From: Antedon mediterranea
Lineage: Eukaryota; Animalia; Echinodermata
DNA: 64,000 nt
Direction: 5' to 3'
NCBI RefSeq assembly: GCF_964355755.1
Contig: NC_092677.1
Span: 28,259,175 to 28,323,174 of the forward strand
Both the position numbers and the translations under genes were made by a program. The notes beneath the pieces are model-generated. The model was given only the letters and a program-made list of their open reading frames with translations. It was not told where the DNA came from and did no database searches. Each line of letters begins with the position of its first letter. Positions within the stretch are counted from its first letter, which is position 1. Shown piece by piece: positions 22,793 to 35,700 of the stretch.

Positions 22793-24405
22793 TTATTGCA
22801 CTTGTGTACCACCACCATCAAAGTCCATTACATATTTCAACATATCATTTGTTAAGGTATACCTAGTTCCTTTCCAATTGAAATGTGTTGGTGGGGCATA
22901 TTCACCTTTCTCACCAAATTCAAAATAAGGACTAAACTCTATTGCAAGACTGGACTTCACTAATGCCACATGTCCATATTTCTCTTTAGTGGGATAATAA
23001 ACTCTTCCGCTGTGTGGTAACATACATATTTTGTCAGGTTGAAAATCTACTGTCAGTTTATCATGGGCATGGTTATATGAAAGTAAATCACCATCATCTG
23101 TTTCAACTATATTCGTGTATACGATAGGACGATCATCACATCTGATGTAATTGAGTTCAGGACCACAGACGGACACGTAAGGAAATTCATCTGTATAGAC
23201 ACCACTTTTATTTACCTTCATTCGTTTGAAGAAGAATGCCAAGAATTTTTTATCTGAAAGATAAAAATAATTAAGATAATTTTGACAATTTCTGCAATGT
23301 TCTATTTAATAAATGAAATGCAAGATTGTGATTCATTAATTTGATGTTTGGTTAAAAAAATAATTTATTAAAAAATTCTCTTTTCAACAATTATACCTTT
23401 AAAACATGTAATGAAGTTCTTCACTTTTGTGTCATCTAAGAAAAGCTGAAAAAAATATCAATGAAAATTACAATAAATCTTAAACTATGACTATAGGTCT
23501 AGGCCAAAAAGACCCTTGCTTTATAATATTAAGGCCTAGTACAACTTTAATAAATTTAAAATATTATCACACACATTGTCTGTTATGTTATATTGTCATG
23601 TCATACCACCACAAACATCTCAAGTTCTACTTTAAAACACTGACATGGTCTCAGTCTCACAGGTGTCTGATCATTTCGGCCGCCAGTCATTTCGGCCGCC
23701 GGTTATGGAATTGCCAAATTCATGAAACGCCAAAAAGGACAAAATATGTATTGTTAATTTCGGCCGCCAGAATTGTAATTATTCTTGAATATGTATGACA
23801 CGCCTTGTGTGTTAAAATGTTAATATTTTACTAAATAGTGTATTATTAAGCCGAATCGGCGGTCTTCAATTCCAGAAACAGCAAGCGATATTTATAGCGT
23901 GCACATTGCCATCACTACAGTGAATATTAATGATATTTTTTTATAAGAAGGAGTTGATGCTGAAGTTTTTAGCCCATTGCACAACTGATCTCTAGTTTAA
24001 ATGTCCATAATTCTCTGTGGCGTTCCATAGACTTGATAAAGTTATTTTTTTTCACTGTAATTCTGTACAGTTATTTCTGGCTATTTCAATTTGGCGCGCC
24101 ATACCTGGCGGCCGAAATGATCATGCCATATTTTGTCCTTTTTGGAGTTTCATGAATTTGGTTGTTCCATAACCGGCGGCCGAAATGATTGGCGGCCGAA
24201 ATGCACTGTGACCGTCTCACACACCTATTCCTACCTGTCCCTGATGATCGATGTAATAAAAGTACTCTCTAACTCTACTTTTACCAGGTCCTTCATTAAT
24301 TGGTGATTGACCTTGAACATAAGTTATGTATCTTGAAGTAAAACGGAAGCAGGTTCCAACACTTCTTACAAATTTATTTTTAACACAACATAGCATAAAT
24401 AACAT
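22793..24405 (-). CDS. C8orf82: UPF0598 protein C8orf82 homolog, about 226 aa, 3 exons
   Basis: Minus-strand exons 24405-24235, 23445-23397, 23253-22793. Motifs YVQGQSP...REYFYYIDHQGQLFLDDTKVKNFITCFKD, FPYVSVCGPELNYIRCDDRPIVYT, GRVYYP. Confidence 0.9.
23662..24213. mobile_element. Non-autonomous DNA transposon with about 90-bp TIRs and 8-bp target duplication (Mutator- or Merlin-like)
   Basis: TSD gtctcaca at 23654-23661 and 24214-24221; GG...CC termini; subterminal repeats catttcggccgcc. Confidence 0.85.
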
Positions 24406-24777
24406 TTTGCTGGAAGGAACTCACAATGTTTTTGTTTTTGTCTCTTCAATCAACCTTTGACACAAACTTGACACGCTTTCAGACGTTTAATAAAAAGCAA
24501 TACAATTAATAGCTATATTAAAGATTTTCAGCTCTATTAACATAAAAATAAAATATATAAAATATGCAAAAAATATTGATTGCTAATGAAAACTTTAAAA
24601 AATATAGAAATATTAACCTGACATTAATATATTTCTCTAATGAATGTATTTGTAATTGTTATGACGAAAAGTAAAGGTCAAGCTCGTCCAATCACATGTC
24701 TTTCCTAAAATTGATCGAAAAACTGGGGTCCGCCGATTCCTTGGCAATCGCTGCGACAAGTTGAAGGTGATAATAAA
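24406..24777. promoter_or_regulatory. Bidirectional promoter region of C8orf82 and KATNB1, with probable KATNB1 non-coding exon 1
   Basis: Head-to-head genes; CCAAT at about 24688; donor aaa|gtgagt at 24777/24778; matching acceptor at 26743 upstream of ATG 26798. Confidence 0.6.
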
Positions 24778-25202
24778 GTGAGTTGCAATTAATATGTTTT
24801 AATCATATAAAACAGAGTTCATGTTCTGTCGTGTAACCGATATTTAACTTTCCAGGCATTGTCATAATTGGACTTTCTTGTCTTAGAATAGAAAGCATGC
24901 ATTTGCCTTTCCTCTCCCTCTCTCAGTAGCACTCGCTACCTAGGCTAGTAGTCGTTCCTAGCTTAGCTAGCTGCTGCTGCTAGGCTAGTCTCTGCTGAGC
25001 TGAGAGAGAGAAGCAGGACAGACAAACTAAAAGTTGCTAGGCATACACACAGGCAGGAGGCCCCAGCCTAGGATAGAACAGCAGCAATATTGTTGACTTG
25101 AACTAAATAAAACGTTATAAGTATTTCGTAATTGTTCGTATTTGATTAACACAGTCACAAAGTCAGACTAAAACAATCATTAACAATTTAGGAGATATTT
25201 AA

Positions 25203-25828
25203 AGCCCCATTCCCTACGTTTTTTAGATCTAATTTAAGATCACAAACTATATTTAATGTAAAAATAATACTATATGATCCTATTGCGATAACTTTTTTCG
25301 TCTTTAAACGGTTAAAAATGTGAAAAATAAGTCGATTCTAATAATTATAGCGGCCCGCTATAAATCCCAAAATGCATTGCGCGCGGATTGATATTTTTGT
25401 TTTTCACCTGTAATTCGCCCACTTTTCGATCGATCGTGAGGCCAAAACAAATGGAAGACTCCTAACTTTTCAGCGAAAATACCGGGTTTTCCCCAATTTG
25501 TATCAACGGAGTCTGGCAAATATAGAAAGACAATTAATGCAGCAACTATACAACGTCAGGCTAGGTATATAGGTAGCGTACGATGTTCGTACGTTACCGA
25601 TGTTTACCAGCTAGGCCTACAAAACTAAGCCTAGCTAGGCTAGGCCTAAGACCGTCCACGAGAGGTCGATCGCCGCGAGCTACTTAGGTAGTGCATTGTT
25701 TCTCACTTTTTATCATAATTTACCATAAAACGTACATTTAAGACAAGGAATGACATGGTTTAATGTTTTTAAAGTGATATATATGTATTATTTTCCAAAA
25801 AACGTCCAAAATTGCAGGGAAGGGGTCT
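25203..25828. mobile_element. Kolobok-like non-autonomous element (TTAA target duplication)
   Basis: ttaa|agccccattccctac ... gcagggaaggggtct|ttaa. Confidence 0.75.
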
Positions 25829-26797
25829 TTAATAATAATTAATGAATAGTTTAAAAGGAGAAAGTGACACACATTTGTTACGACACATTTTATATACTGT
25901 ATTATTATAATTACCATTTCATTATCAGTATTTATTATTAATTTTTTTTTTTTCGTGTACTGCTGTAAATACCATTTGATTCAATAGATTGAATATATTC
26001 TCCATGAACAAATTTCCTATATCTACACCAGGCCACGTCATACTGTATATCATTATCAATAGTTCTGCTCGGGGAAATACCGCCAGACAAAATGTTCACA
26101 ACAAAGTAAACATTTTCTAACACAAATCCACATTTTAATCAGCTTGTTGATGGTCCAAAAATTGATACTACTAATATTGGTAGTACAATTACAGCATGAA
26201 ATTTTTACTTTCGAATTTATTAATTGTAAAATAGGGTAATAAAATTGGAATTGAATATTCAGAAAAATATTTAAAAACAGTATTCAATCAAAATTTATTG
26301 TACATATTGCAACTTGAAAGAAAATCATTATTTAAGATTGCCAAAACATTGTCCCACAAGGCAAAGAGTTGTCACTGTATCCTTCCCCTAATTTTACTCG
26401 TCAATTTTTTAGGGTTAATTATTTTATGATATGATATACATGATTATGATATATTTTACTCAACTGCTAGGGTATGAATTGAATTAATGGCAGTAGTAGT
26501 AGGACCATTTGTAACTAAACTACACACTCAATACAATATAATACACTGTCAACATATGGTGCAGATATGCATGAAAGATACACATTCTGATTAGTTGCAC
26601 TGTTTTACAGACTACGCACAGCATAGTAGCAATCATAATAGTAAATATAGAATAATGTATTACTGAATTACCAAAGATGGTGTAAGTGGCTTAGAAACCA
26701 TTGACTGATACATGATATGAATAGTTGTCACTGTTTTTAACAGGTTTCCGCTTGATATGTATTTTTGAAATTAAGGAAATTTTAAATTGTGAAGAAA

Positions 26798-29700
26798 ATG
26801 ACAACTAAAAAGGCATGGAAGTTGCGTAAGTTGATTTATATATTTTTATTTAAAAATTACTAATTTTAAACAAACAACAATTCATTTTTTTAAATTTTAC
26901 ATGACAGAATTGTTTTGTAAATATTAATATACACATAATTTTTATGATCGATAACATTAAAATTAATTTATCCAGAGGAATTTGTGGCACATGGGGCCAA
27001 TGTCAACTGTCTTGCTCTTGGCCCTAAGAGTGGTCGAGTGATGGTGACCGGTGGAGAAGACAAGAAGGTCAACATGTGGGCTGTTGGGAAACCTAATTGT
27101 ATAATGGTGAGTTTACTGTTAGTAACTATTGGAAATGTTAATTTGCTTTCCAAAATTGATTTCTGTAGGATTAGCATTGCTATTTAGAGATGTAAATTAA
27201 ATTCAATCAATATCAAGGTGTAAATGAGATGTTTCAGGCATTCATTTTATCTTCTGTACAAATACAAAAGCGATATTAAATTAATGTACAGTATATATAC
27301 TTTATAATATGCTTAGACCCATCAACATTTCGTTTAGTGTTTTTGCAGTTACCGGTATCTGTTTAATCTGTTTAATCTGTTTTAATAATTGATCCAAATT
27401 GCCATTTAGGCAATATGTTCTTCATAAACATGGTAAATCGTCAAACTACTGCACTACATTTCTCAGCTTCTGTGTAACCTTTGGCCATTCAATGAACTTA
27501 GTTATTGTGGTTTAACTTATCTGTTAGTGGTAGTACAATTAAGTTTAAATGGATTTATAACATTAACTGGATTAACTTTCATGTCAGGGTTTATCAGGTC
27601 ACACTACTCCTGTAGAATGTGTCAGGTTTTCAAGTAGTGAAGAATTAGTTGTAGCGGGATCTCAATCAGGAGGACTTAAGATATGGGATTTGGAAGCTGC
27701 AAAAAGTAAGTATAATCCCATCTTGTCTATTATCTAATTTAAATGGCTTTATCATTTTGATAAACTGTAGTGTGTCCAATTTATCAAGTTTGATATCATC
27801 ATATTATTTTTGAAATATAGAAATTATTAAATATAGAATGTTTAATATTTATTAAATACTATAAGTTTATGCAAATCATGGCAACTGTGTTAAGACTCAA
27901 TTACTCTATTATCATAAACCATCCCCCTAAAGCAATACTGAATTCATTCTGATACATTAAGTTGAATTCTTTTTGTAATGAACCATATCATAGCTGACTG
28001 CCAAGGGTAAAATGCTGCCATGGGGTTTAGCAAGCAGCATGTATCTTAATGTAAAATTGCCATTACTTACATGTGTTATGACTCACAACATGTCTTTTCT
28101 ATTCTGACTCACAGTTGTATAAAGGAATTTTTTTATAGGATTTTTTGCTGCTTGTTCATGTTTTGTGTACATATTTTGATATTGATAGTGTACATTAAGA
28201 AAATTAAGGCAGGGCATCACGTATGCAAAACCCAGGAGAGCAACAAATCGCTCTCCTCAAATCACCGAGGAGAGCAATTCGCTCTCCTTGCAAAAATTTT
28301 AAATCGCTCTCCTCAAATATTTATGTTGAAGTTGAAGGATGGTCGCCCTTATTAAAAATGGCTGGCCCTTATTAATTTTTTGTACACATTTTTTTGCCCG
28401 ACAGGGGATACCCCCCCCCCCCCCCCCCCCCCCCCCCGCCGGGCACAACAAATGTATACTGTCTGTACCTCTCCCCTAAAAATAAAATCCCCCACACCCA
28501 CCTTTACACACAATATTTTCCGTGGGGATCGTATTATTCTACAGTACAAAAAACTCAAGCCAATTTTTTTTTTATGGTCTGCCTGGGTAGATTGGGTTTC
28601 AGGAGCCTGGAGAATCCTGTCCTGGCCAACTATATGCCTTTAGCCTAGCTTTTCTAGCCTAGCTTGTTGGCCTAGAAATCAGACAGAAAACCTGAAAAGT
28701 ATTTACCTGCAATTCATAAATTATACAATTCTAACATGCAACAGCCATTAAAATATTGATAATAAGTTACAAAGTGTCATTTTAAAATAATTAAGAAAGA
28801 TATTTGATCGTGTTTACATGTGTCACACATGGGCGCACGCACAGTAGGGGAGGGCTGAGAGAGCTTCTAGTAGAAGATGCTGACGTCACACATCAGCACG
28901 TGTTTTGAGGAGGATTTGAGTGACCAAAATTGGTTAGAACTTTCGAAGAAATAATCCATCTTCAAAATGACATAATTAAAGCAACCAGCAGCTAAGCTTT
29001 TTTAAATAATAAACATTATATTTAGGCCTCCTATATTAATGTTTCCTTTTAAAATTAAATATATTTTATTAACTCGTTCCATAAAAACATAAAGGGAAAA
29101 ATTATTGGTTGGGACATGATCTTCCTGTAAAGGAGGTGTTTCTATGACACCGTACTGGTTGCACTATGAGGCGATGAAGTAAACTCGCCCTTGAATGCGC
29201 GCAGGTAGGGGAATCCCCTTTGTTGGTACCTCGCACTGTACTGTGAGATGGAGCGCGATGAATTGCTCTCCTTTTCGAAGGTTGTTGATTGCGATCGCGC
29301 TCGCGATCCTTAAAAACGAGGGACTGCCATTAGGCTTGTAGCTTTATAACTTAGCTTATATACTATTAGCCTAGGCCTAGATTGGTTTTAACTTTTAAAA
29401 ATCCACGTGTTTTTAGGCCTCTTGACAGAAAAATCAACACTGTCAAAAGCTAGGCTCTATTTTGAAAATTAAGGAGCGCGATAAATTGCTCTCCTCGAAG
29501 CCTGTTGAGGAGCGCGGAGGAGCGCGGTCGAGCAGGCGCTCCTTATAAATGATGCCCTGTTAAGGATTTTATTTATTTAAAAAAAAGAAAATTTAGATCA
29601 AATAATATATCTGTGAAAATTGAATATACACTATATTTTACATAACATTTTGACATTACTTTAAATACTTTGGTGTGGTTTTTTTCTAATTAAGAAAATA

Positions 29701-32700
29701 ATAAATTAAAAATGACATAATTGATTAGATAACCTTTAAATATTACATGTTTAAATTCACTTGTTTAACATGTACACTGTAAGTCTGTACTTTAGTGTCA
29801 TCACTTAACACATGGTGCAAATTCATTGCTGATTTAATATAAACAATAGACACATGCCACTTGTGCAAAATGCCTTCTATTCTCAAGGTAAAATTCTCTT
29901 ACCATGCTTATATGTCAATTGGTAAATTTGTTTTCCAATTTTTTGTATTTAATCATTTTAGGCATATTTTAACAAATTACATAATAAATCTCTATGGTAT
30001 ACTTTGAACTTTCTATGAACCTGATGGAATACAGTAAGCTGTAGAATCACATGCCTATACAATGAGTGGTGTACTGGGTTGTTTGTAGATTAAAATCACA
30101 GAAAAACATTTTATTTTGCTGAAAAATTCTTACTATAGCAATGTCAGACCTTACAAACGATTACAATACACTGAAAATGGTTTTCCATACCTTTTTTTTT
30201 CAAAACTACCTCAATTCAAATGTTTAACAATACCAATACTGTGTAGTTAGAAAATAGCAACAGAGTTTCCATGGTTATTTGTTAAATTTGTAACCTTCAC
30301 CCCAATAATGACAAACCATAGGCTAATTACAAGTAACTGGATAACATAAAATATACAATAACTGTTGTGATATAACAATAGTTTTGAAGGCTGAACGCTG
30401 GTTCGAGTGACTGATTTCAATGAAGATGCTGTACAAAAATGATATTTTCTGTATATTAATAAGCATTAATATATATTAAGAGATATTTTTTTGTTAGGTA
30501 TTTAAGTTTCTTTTAATATCAAAATGAAAAAACAAATTATAATTTGTTTCTTTTTTTCTGATATAAATGCGTTTCTTTTTTGTTGATAGTTGTAAGGACA
30601 TTGACAGGACACAAAAGCAACATAAAGAGTTTAGATTTCCATCCATATGGAGACTTTGTTGCCTCTGGATCTATGGACACAAATTTAAAGGCAAGTATTT
30701 ACTAAGCATTTGCCGCCATTTGTAAGAATTCACAACTAGCATGTCTAACTGCACCTTTTATTTGTTACCATTTGTAAGAATTCACAACTAGCATGTCTAA
30801 CTGCACCTTTTATTTGTTCCCATTTGTAAGAATTCACAACTAGCATGTCTAACTGCACCTTTTATTTGTTACCATTTGTAAGAATTCACAACTAGCATGT
30901 CTAACTGCACCTTTTATTTGTTACCATTTGTAAGAATTCACAACTAGCATGTCTAACTGCACCTTTTATTTGTTCCCATTTGTAAGAATTCACAACTAGC
31001 ATGTCTAACTGCACCTTTTATTTGTTACCATTTGTAAGAATTCACAACTAGCATGTCTAACTGCACCTTTTATTTGTTACCATTTGTAAGAATTCACAAC
31101 TAGCATGTCTAACTGCACCTTTTATTTGTTACCATTTGTAAGAATTCACAACTAGCATGTCTAACTGCACCTTTTATTTGTTCCCATTTGTAAGAATTCA
31201 CAACTAGCATGTCTAACTGCACCTTTTATTTGTTACCATTTGTAAGAATTCACAACTAGCATGTCTAACTGCACCTTTTATTTGTTCCCATTTGTAAGAA
31301 TTCACAACTAGCATGTCTAACTGCACCTTTTATTTGTTACCATTTGTAAGAATTCACAACTAGCATGTCTAACTGCACCTTTTATTTGTTACCATTTGTA
31401 AGAATTCACAACTAGCATGTCTAACTGCACCTTTTATTTGTTACCATTTGTAAGAATTCACAACTAGCATGTCTAACTGCACCTTTTATTTGTTCCCATT
31501 TGTAAGAATTCACAACTAGCATGTCTAACTGCACCTTTTATTTGTTACCATTTGTAAGAATTCACAACTAGCATGTCTAACTGCACCTTTTATTTGTTAC
31601 CATTTGTAAGAATTCACAACTAGCATGTCTAACTGCACCTTTTATTTGTTCCCATTTGTAAGAATTCACAACTAGCATGTCTAACTGCACCTTTTATTTG
31701 TTACCATTTGTAAGAATTCACAACTAGCATGTCTAACTGCACCTTTTATTTGTTACCATTTGTAAGAATTCACAACTAGCATGTCTAACTGCACCTTTTA
31801 TTTGTTACCATTTGTAAGAATTCACAACTAGCATGTCTAAATGCACTTTTTATTTGTTACCATTTGTAAGAATTCACAACTAGCATGTCTAACTGCACCT
31901 TTTATTTGTTACCATTTGTAAGAATTCACAACTAGCATGTCTAACTGCACCTTTTTATTTGTTATAATAAAGGTAATAAACTGTAAATTGAGTATGTCTG
32001 TAATTTGTGAAGTAAATGTTTTACATAATTTAGCATGTTTTATTTCATTATTAATATTTCCTTTTTTACATAATTTAGCATGTGTTATTTTATTATTAAT
32101 ATTTCCTTTCCTTTCACCACTTGCTATGTTGCTGGAATAAGAATTAATTAAAGTCAAAGATGATTCATATTAAATAACATATTAAAGTAGTGTAAAAGCA
32201 ATAATTACAATATTGTATATCAATCTTCATAACATGACTCATTCTCAACACCTTATATATTACTGTACATACACTTATCCCAACATGTCTGATATGGGTC
32301 ACAACTTACTTGTTCAAAATATTGATTGAATGTCCAACATTATAATTGCCTATATAAAAGGAAAATTACTAATGTCCAAGAATAATCCCATCTCATAATT
32401 TAGGCTGGATTTGGGCACACTTAAGCCCATTGTTAATGCAATCTCAATATATTTCCACCTCTAAATTTGTGCCAAAAGTTGTACCCAGGCCATTGGGACT
32501 ATACAATACTATATAAGGTATGATAATGTAACAATATTTACTTTGCCAAATAGCGTACCCCTATACAATACTATAATAATAATGTATGTTATTAATTGTA
32601 ACCATTAATATTCACTTTGTCCTACAAGCAGTAATCTAAAATGTGCATTCTGATATTAATTGAAATTCATAACAATTATAAGAATTAGTAAATTATGTTA

Positions 32701-35700
32701 ATTTGCTGTGTCACAAATCTAAATGGTATCGTACAAGTTCAAATGACATTGTGTGCACCTAAAGCACAACAATCAATCTGTCATCTTATCAATACATCTT
32801 ATCAATATTGTGTAAATGTCAATGGCAGGCTCAGCCCAATTAAAGAATAAACAGCAGTAACATACTACTCACTAATAGTAGGGTAAAATTCTAGTCATGT
32901 CTTGTCTTTAAGAAGAATTTCTAATATTATTTTATATGATAATTAGTCAAATAAAGCTATTCAGTATGTTGTGAACTAATTGACCAATTCATAATGTATT
33001 TTGTTATGAATGTAAAATATTTCTAATTTGTAAAAATACTTGTACACTGTATTCATTCATCAGTGGAAAATTACTTCCATTTATTGTCATTTGCATATAA
33101 ATTATGTTTGCTGTGAGATATACAAAAACAGACAAATGAAAAACTAACAAAAACAATAAGGCCTACAAATTATATATATTATTATTATTATTGATTACTT
33201 AATCATTCCCAGTTCTACTATGTTTTGTAATGCATCAACAACTATTTAGAATATTACATTGTTCACTTCCTACTTGCTATGAATTTAGTTTTCCATAATA
33301 TGAATAAGGTGGATTGATCACCTGATTACTATTATTACAATTTCTTTGAATATAAATTGTTTATTATAATAACACCAAGCCTAATTTACAGTTGCTACAG
33401 TATACATACTAAAAGATGTATACCGTGAGAACAGTACATTAGTTAGGTGTTCTTACCAATAATAAAAGACAAAAGCTAATTAAAGCAAATGCTTGGCTAG
33501 TTCTGGTTTTGTTATTAGTAATTGCCATTGGGTATGTTGAGGCACTGTAAAGGTTGTTTTGCAGAATTAATGTAACTGTATGTAACTTACTATCTTTGTG
33601 TGTATAACAATGTTCTTAAGTTTTAAGTACAAGAAATGTACATTAATAATAATCTGATGAAATAATTGATATTTTACAGTTATGGGATGTTAGAAGGAAA
33701 GGTTGTATATTTACATACAAAGGTCACAGTGGATCGGTCAACTGTATTAGATTTAGTCCTGATGGACGCTGGATTGCATCAGCATCTGAAGATGGTCTTG
33801 CAAAGGTAAATACATTCTTTATGTCCAGTCCTGATGGTCAGTGTATGAGTATTGTTCAATAATATTTGTTTTGGTGTTTCAGTTATGGGACCTTACAGCA
33901 GGTAAACTACTCCATGATTTCCATAGTCATAGTGCAGCCGTCAATTGTGTTGAATTCCATCCAAATGAATTCCTATTCTCAACAGCTAGTAACGATAGGT
34001 AAGAAAAAAAAACATCTTTATATACTACTTTCAGAGCCGTAGCCACCAGTACGTTTGGTAAGGTTTCAACTTTTTCACCGAGGCCTTTGACAACCGGACC
34101 GCTTTATTGCTAGTGGCTACACCACTGACTTTAATTTTTTAAACATTTGAATGTTTAATTTAATGCCTTAAAAGGCATGCTCTAATAAAGTGTTTTATGA
34201 AATGTTCCTGCCAATCTGAATTCATGAACACCAAAACTATAAATGGTCCCCAACTGGTGTTACTTAACTTAGGTTTTTTTCATAGTTTCACAAAGTCTAT
34301 ATGACCCCATTGTATTGCACTTGAATGCAAACCTAGTCTTCATTACATGCATAGTTACTCTTTGCATTGCATTATTAATATAAAATATATTGATTATTAT
34401 AACAATACTGACTTTTCATGCACCAATGATTATAATCCTTTATTGTGCTAATATCTATAATAGATGTATTGATGATAACCAGCTGCTAATATTGATTTAG
34501 TTGTAGGGATTCAGTGATTTGTATTGATTAATAATAAAGAGCATTTGAATTATTTTTAAAATGTTCATAATCAGTAAGTTATATAATACTAACAATGAAC
34601 AATTTTTCATTAGTTATGCTTTGAATATTGTAGGTTCAAGAAAATTACTGTACAAAAAAATACAATATAATATTCAATAATGTCATTAAAAAGGAAAATA
34701 TATAACAGCTTTAAAGTATTTTTTTTTTTTTTTTTTTTTAGAACTGTGAAGTTTTGGGATTTAGAAACCTTTGAGCTAGTAAGTTCTTCATCCGGAGAAT
34801 CTAGTGGAATAAGGTAGATTGGACATATTGTGACAGGCTGTCAATCATCTTGATGAAAGTTCTGTCTACACTATATATATATATATGAACATGATGATGT
34901 CATATCACTACCATATTTGGGCATATCACTACCATATTTGGGCATATCACTACCATATTTGGGGACAGTGTTTTTTTTTCAAACAAGTTTGATAGTGTAG
35001 ACAGAGCTTAACCTACATCTTTCTAAAATCATTTTATTAAGAATGTTTCTTTATTCTTTCCTTTAATTATTGTTATATTTTATCTGCAGGTCAATATGCT
35101 TCCACCCTGAAGGTAACCATATATTCACAGGTAGTCAAGATATGCTACGTGTATATAGCTGGGAGCCTGTGCAGTGTTATGATAGCCTGTACATGGGCTG
35201 GGGCAAAGTAGCAGACATGGCAGTCTCCTCACAACAGATCATTGGAGCTTCATTTAACCAAACAAATGTGGCTGTGTATGTTGCTGATCTAAGTGTAAGT
35301 ACACAAATCGGTTTGTAAGCCCTTATTATTATACTTGAATATAAACTGTATACAAACCAAATGTACAGTGCAAGTAATACTGTAAAACTAATAATAATTT
35401 TATTGTAAAATCCACTATTATTTTTTCTTGATTTATTTCATTACATTGTTATTTTCTATGCACCATTAATAGAATGAATGTTGAATGTCATATAAATGTT
35501 TATGAAAATAATTCAAAGAACAAAGTGTTACGGTTATATTTAGCTGACACTTTAGTTGTTCTTTTATAGAAAATCAACACAACACAGGGGATGATCCAAC
35601 CAGGAGGAGTTCCAATACCAGACCCACAACCTAACCCATGTTCACCACCTCTGACATCAAGTAATAGAAAGAACTTTAACACAGGAAGACCACACACTAG

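Noticed and set aside
28352-28648. Poly-Pro and poly-Gly ORFs
   Set aside because: Produced by a poly-C tract inside a non-autonomous transposon.
30716-31964. CRISPR-like appearance of the regular repeat arrays
   Set aside because: Units are head to tail with no unique spacers, no cas genes are present, and the context is eukaryotic.
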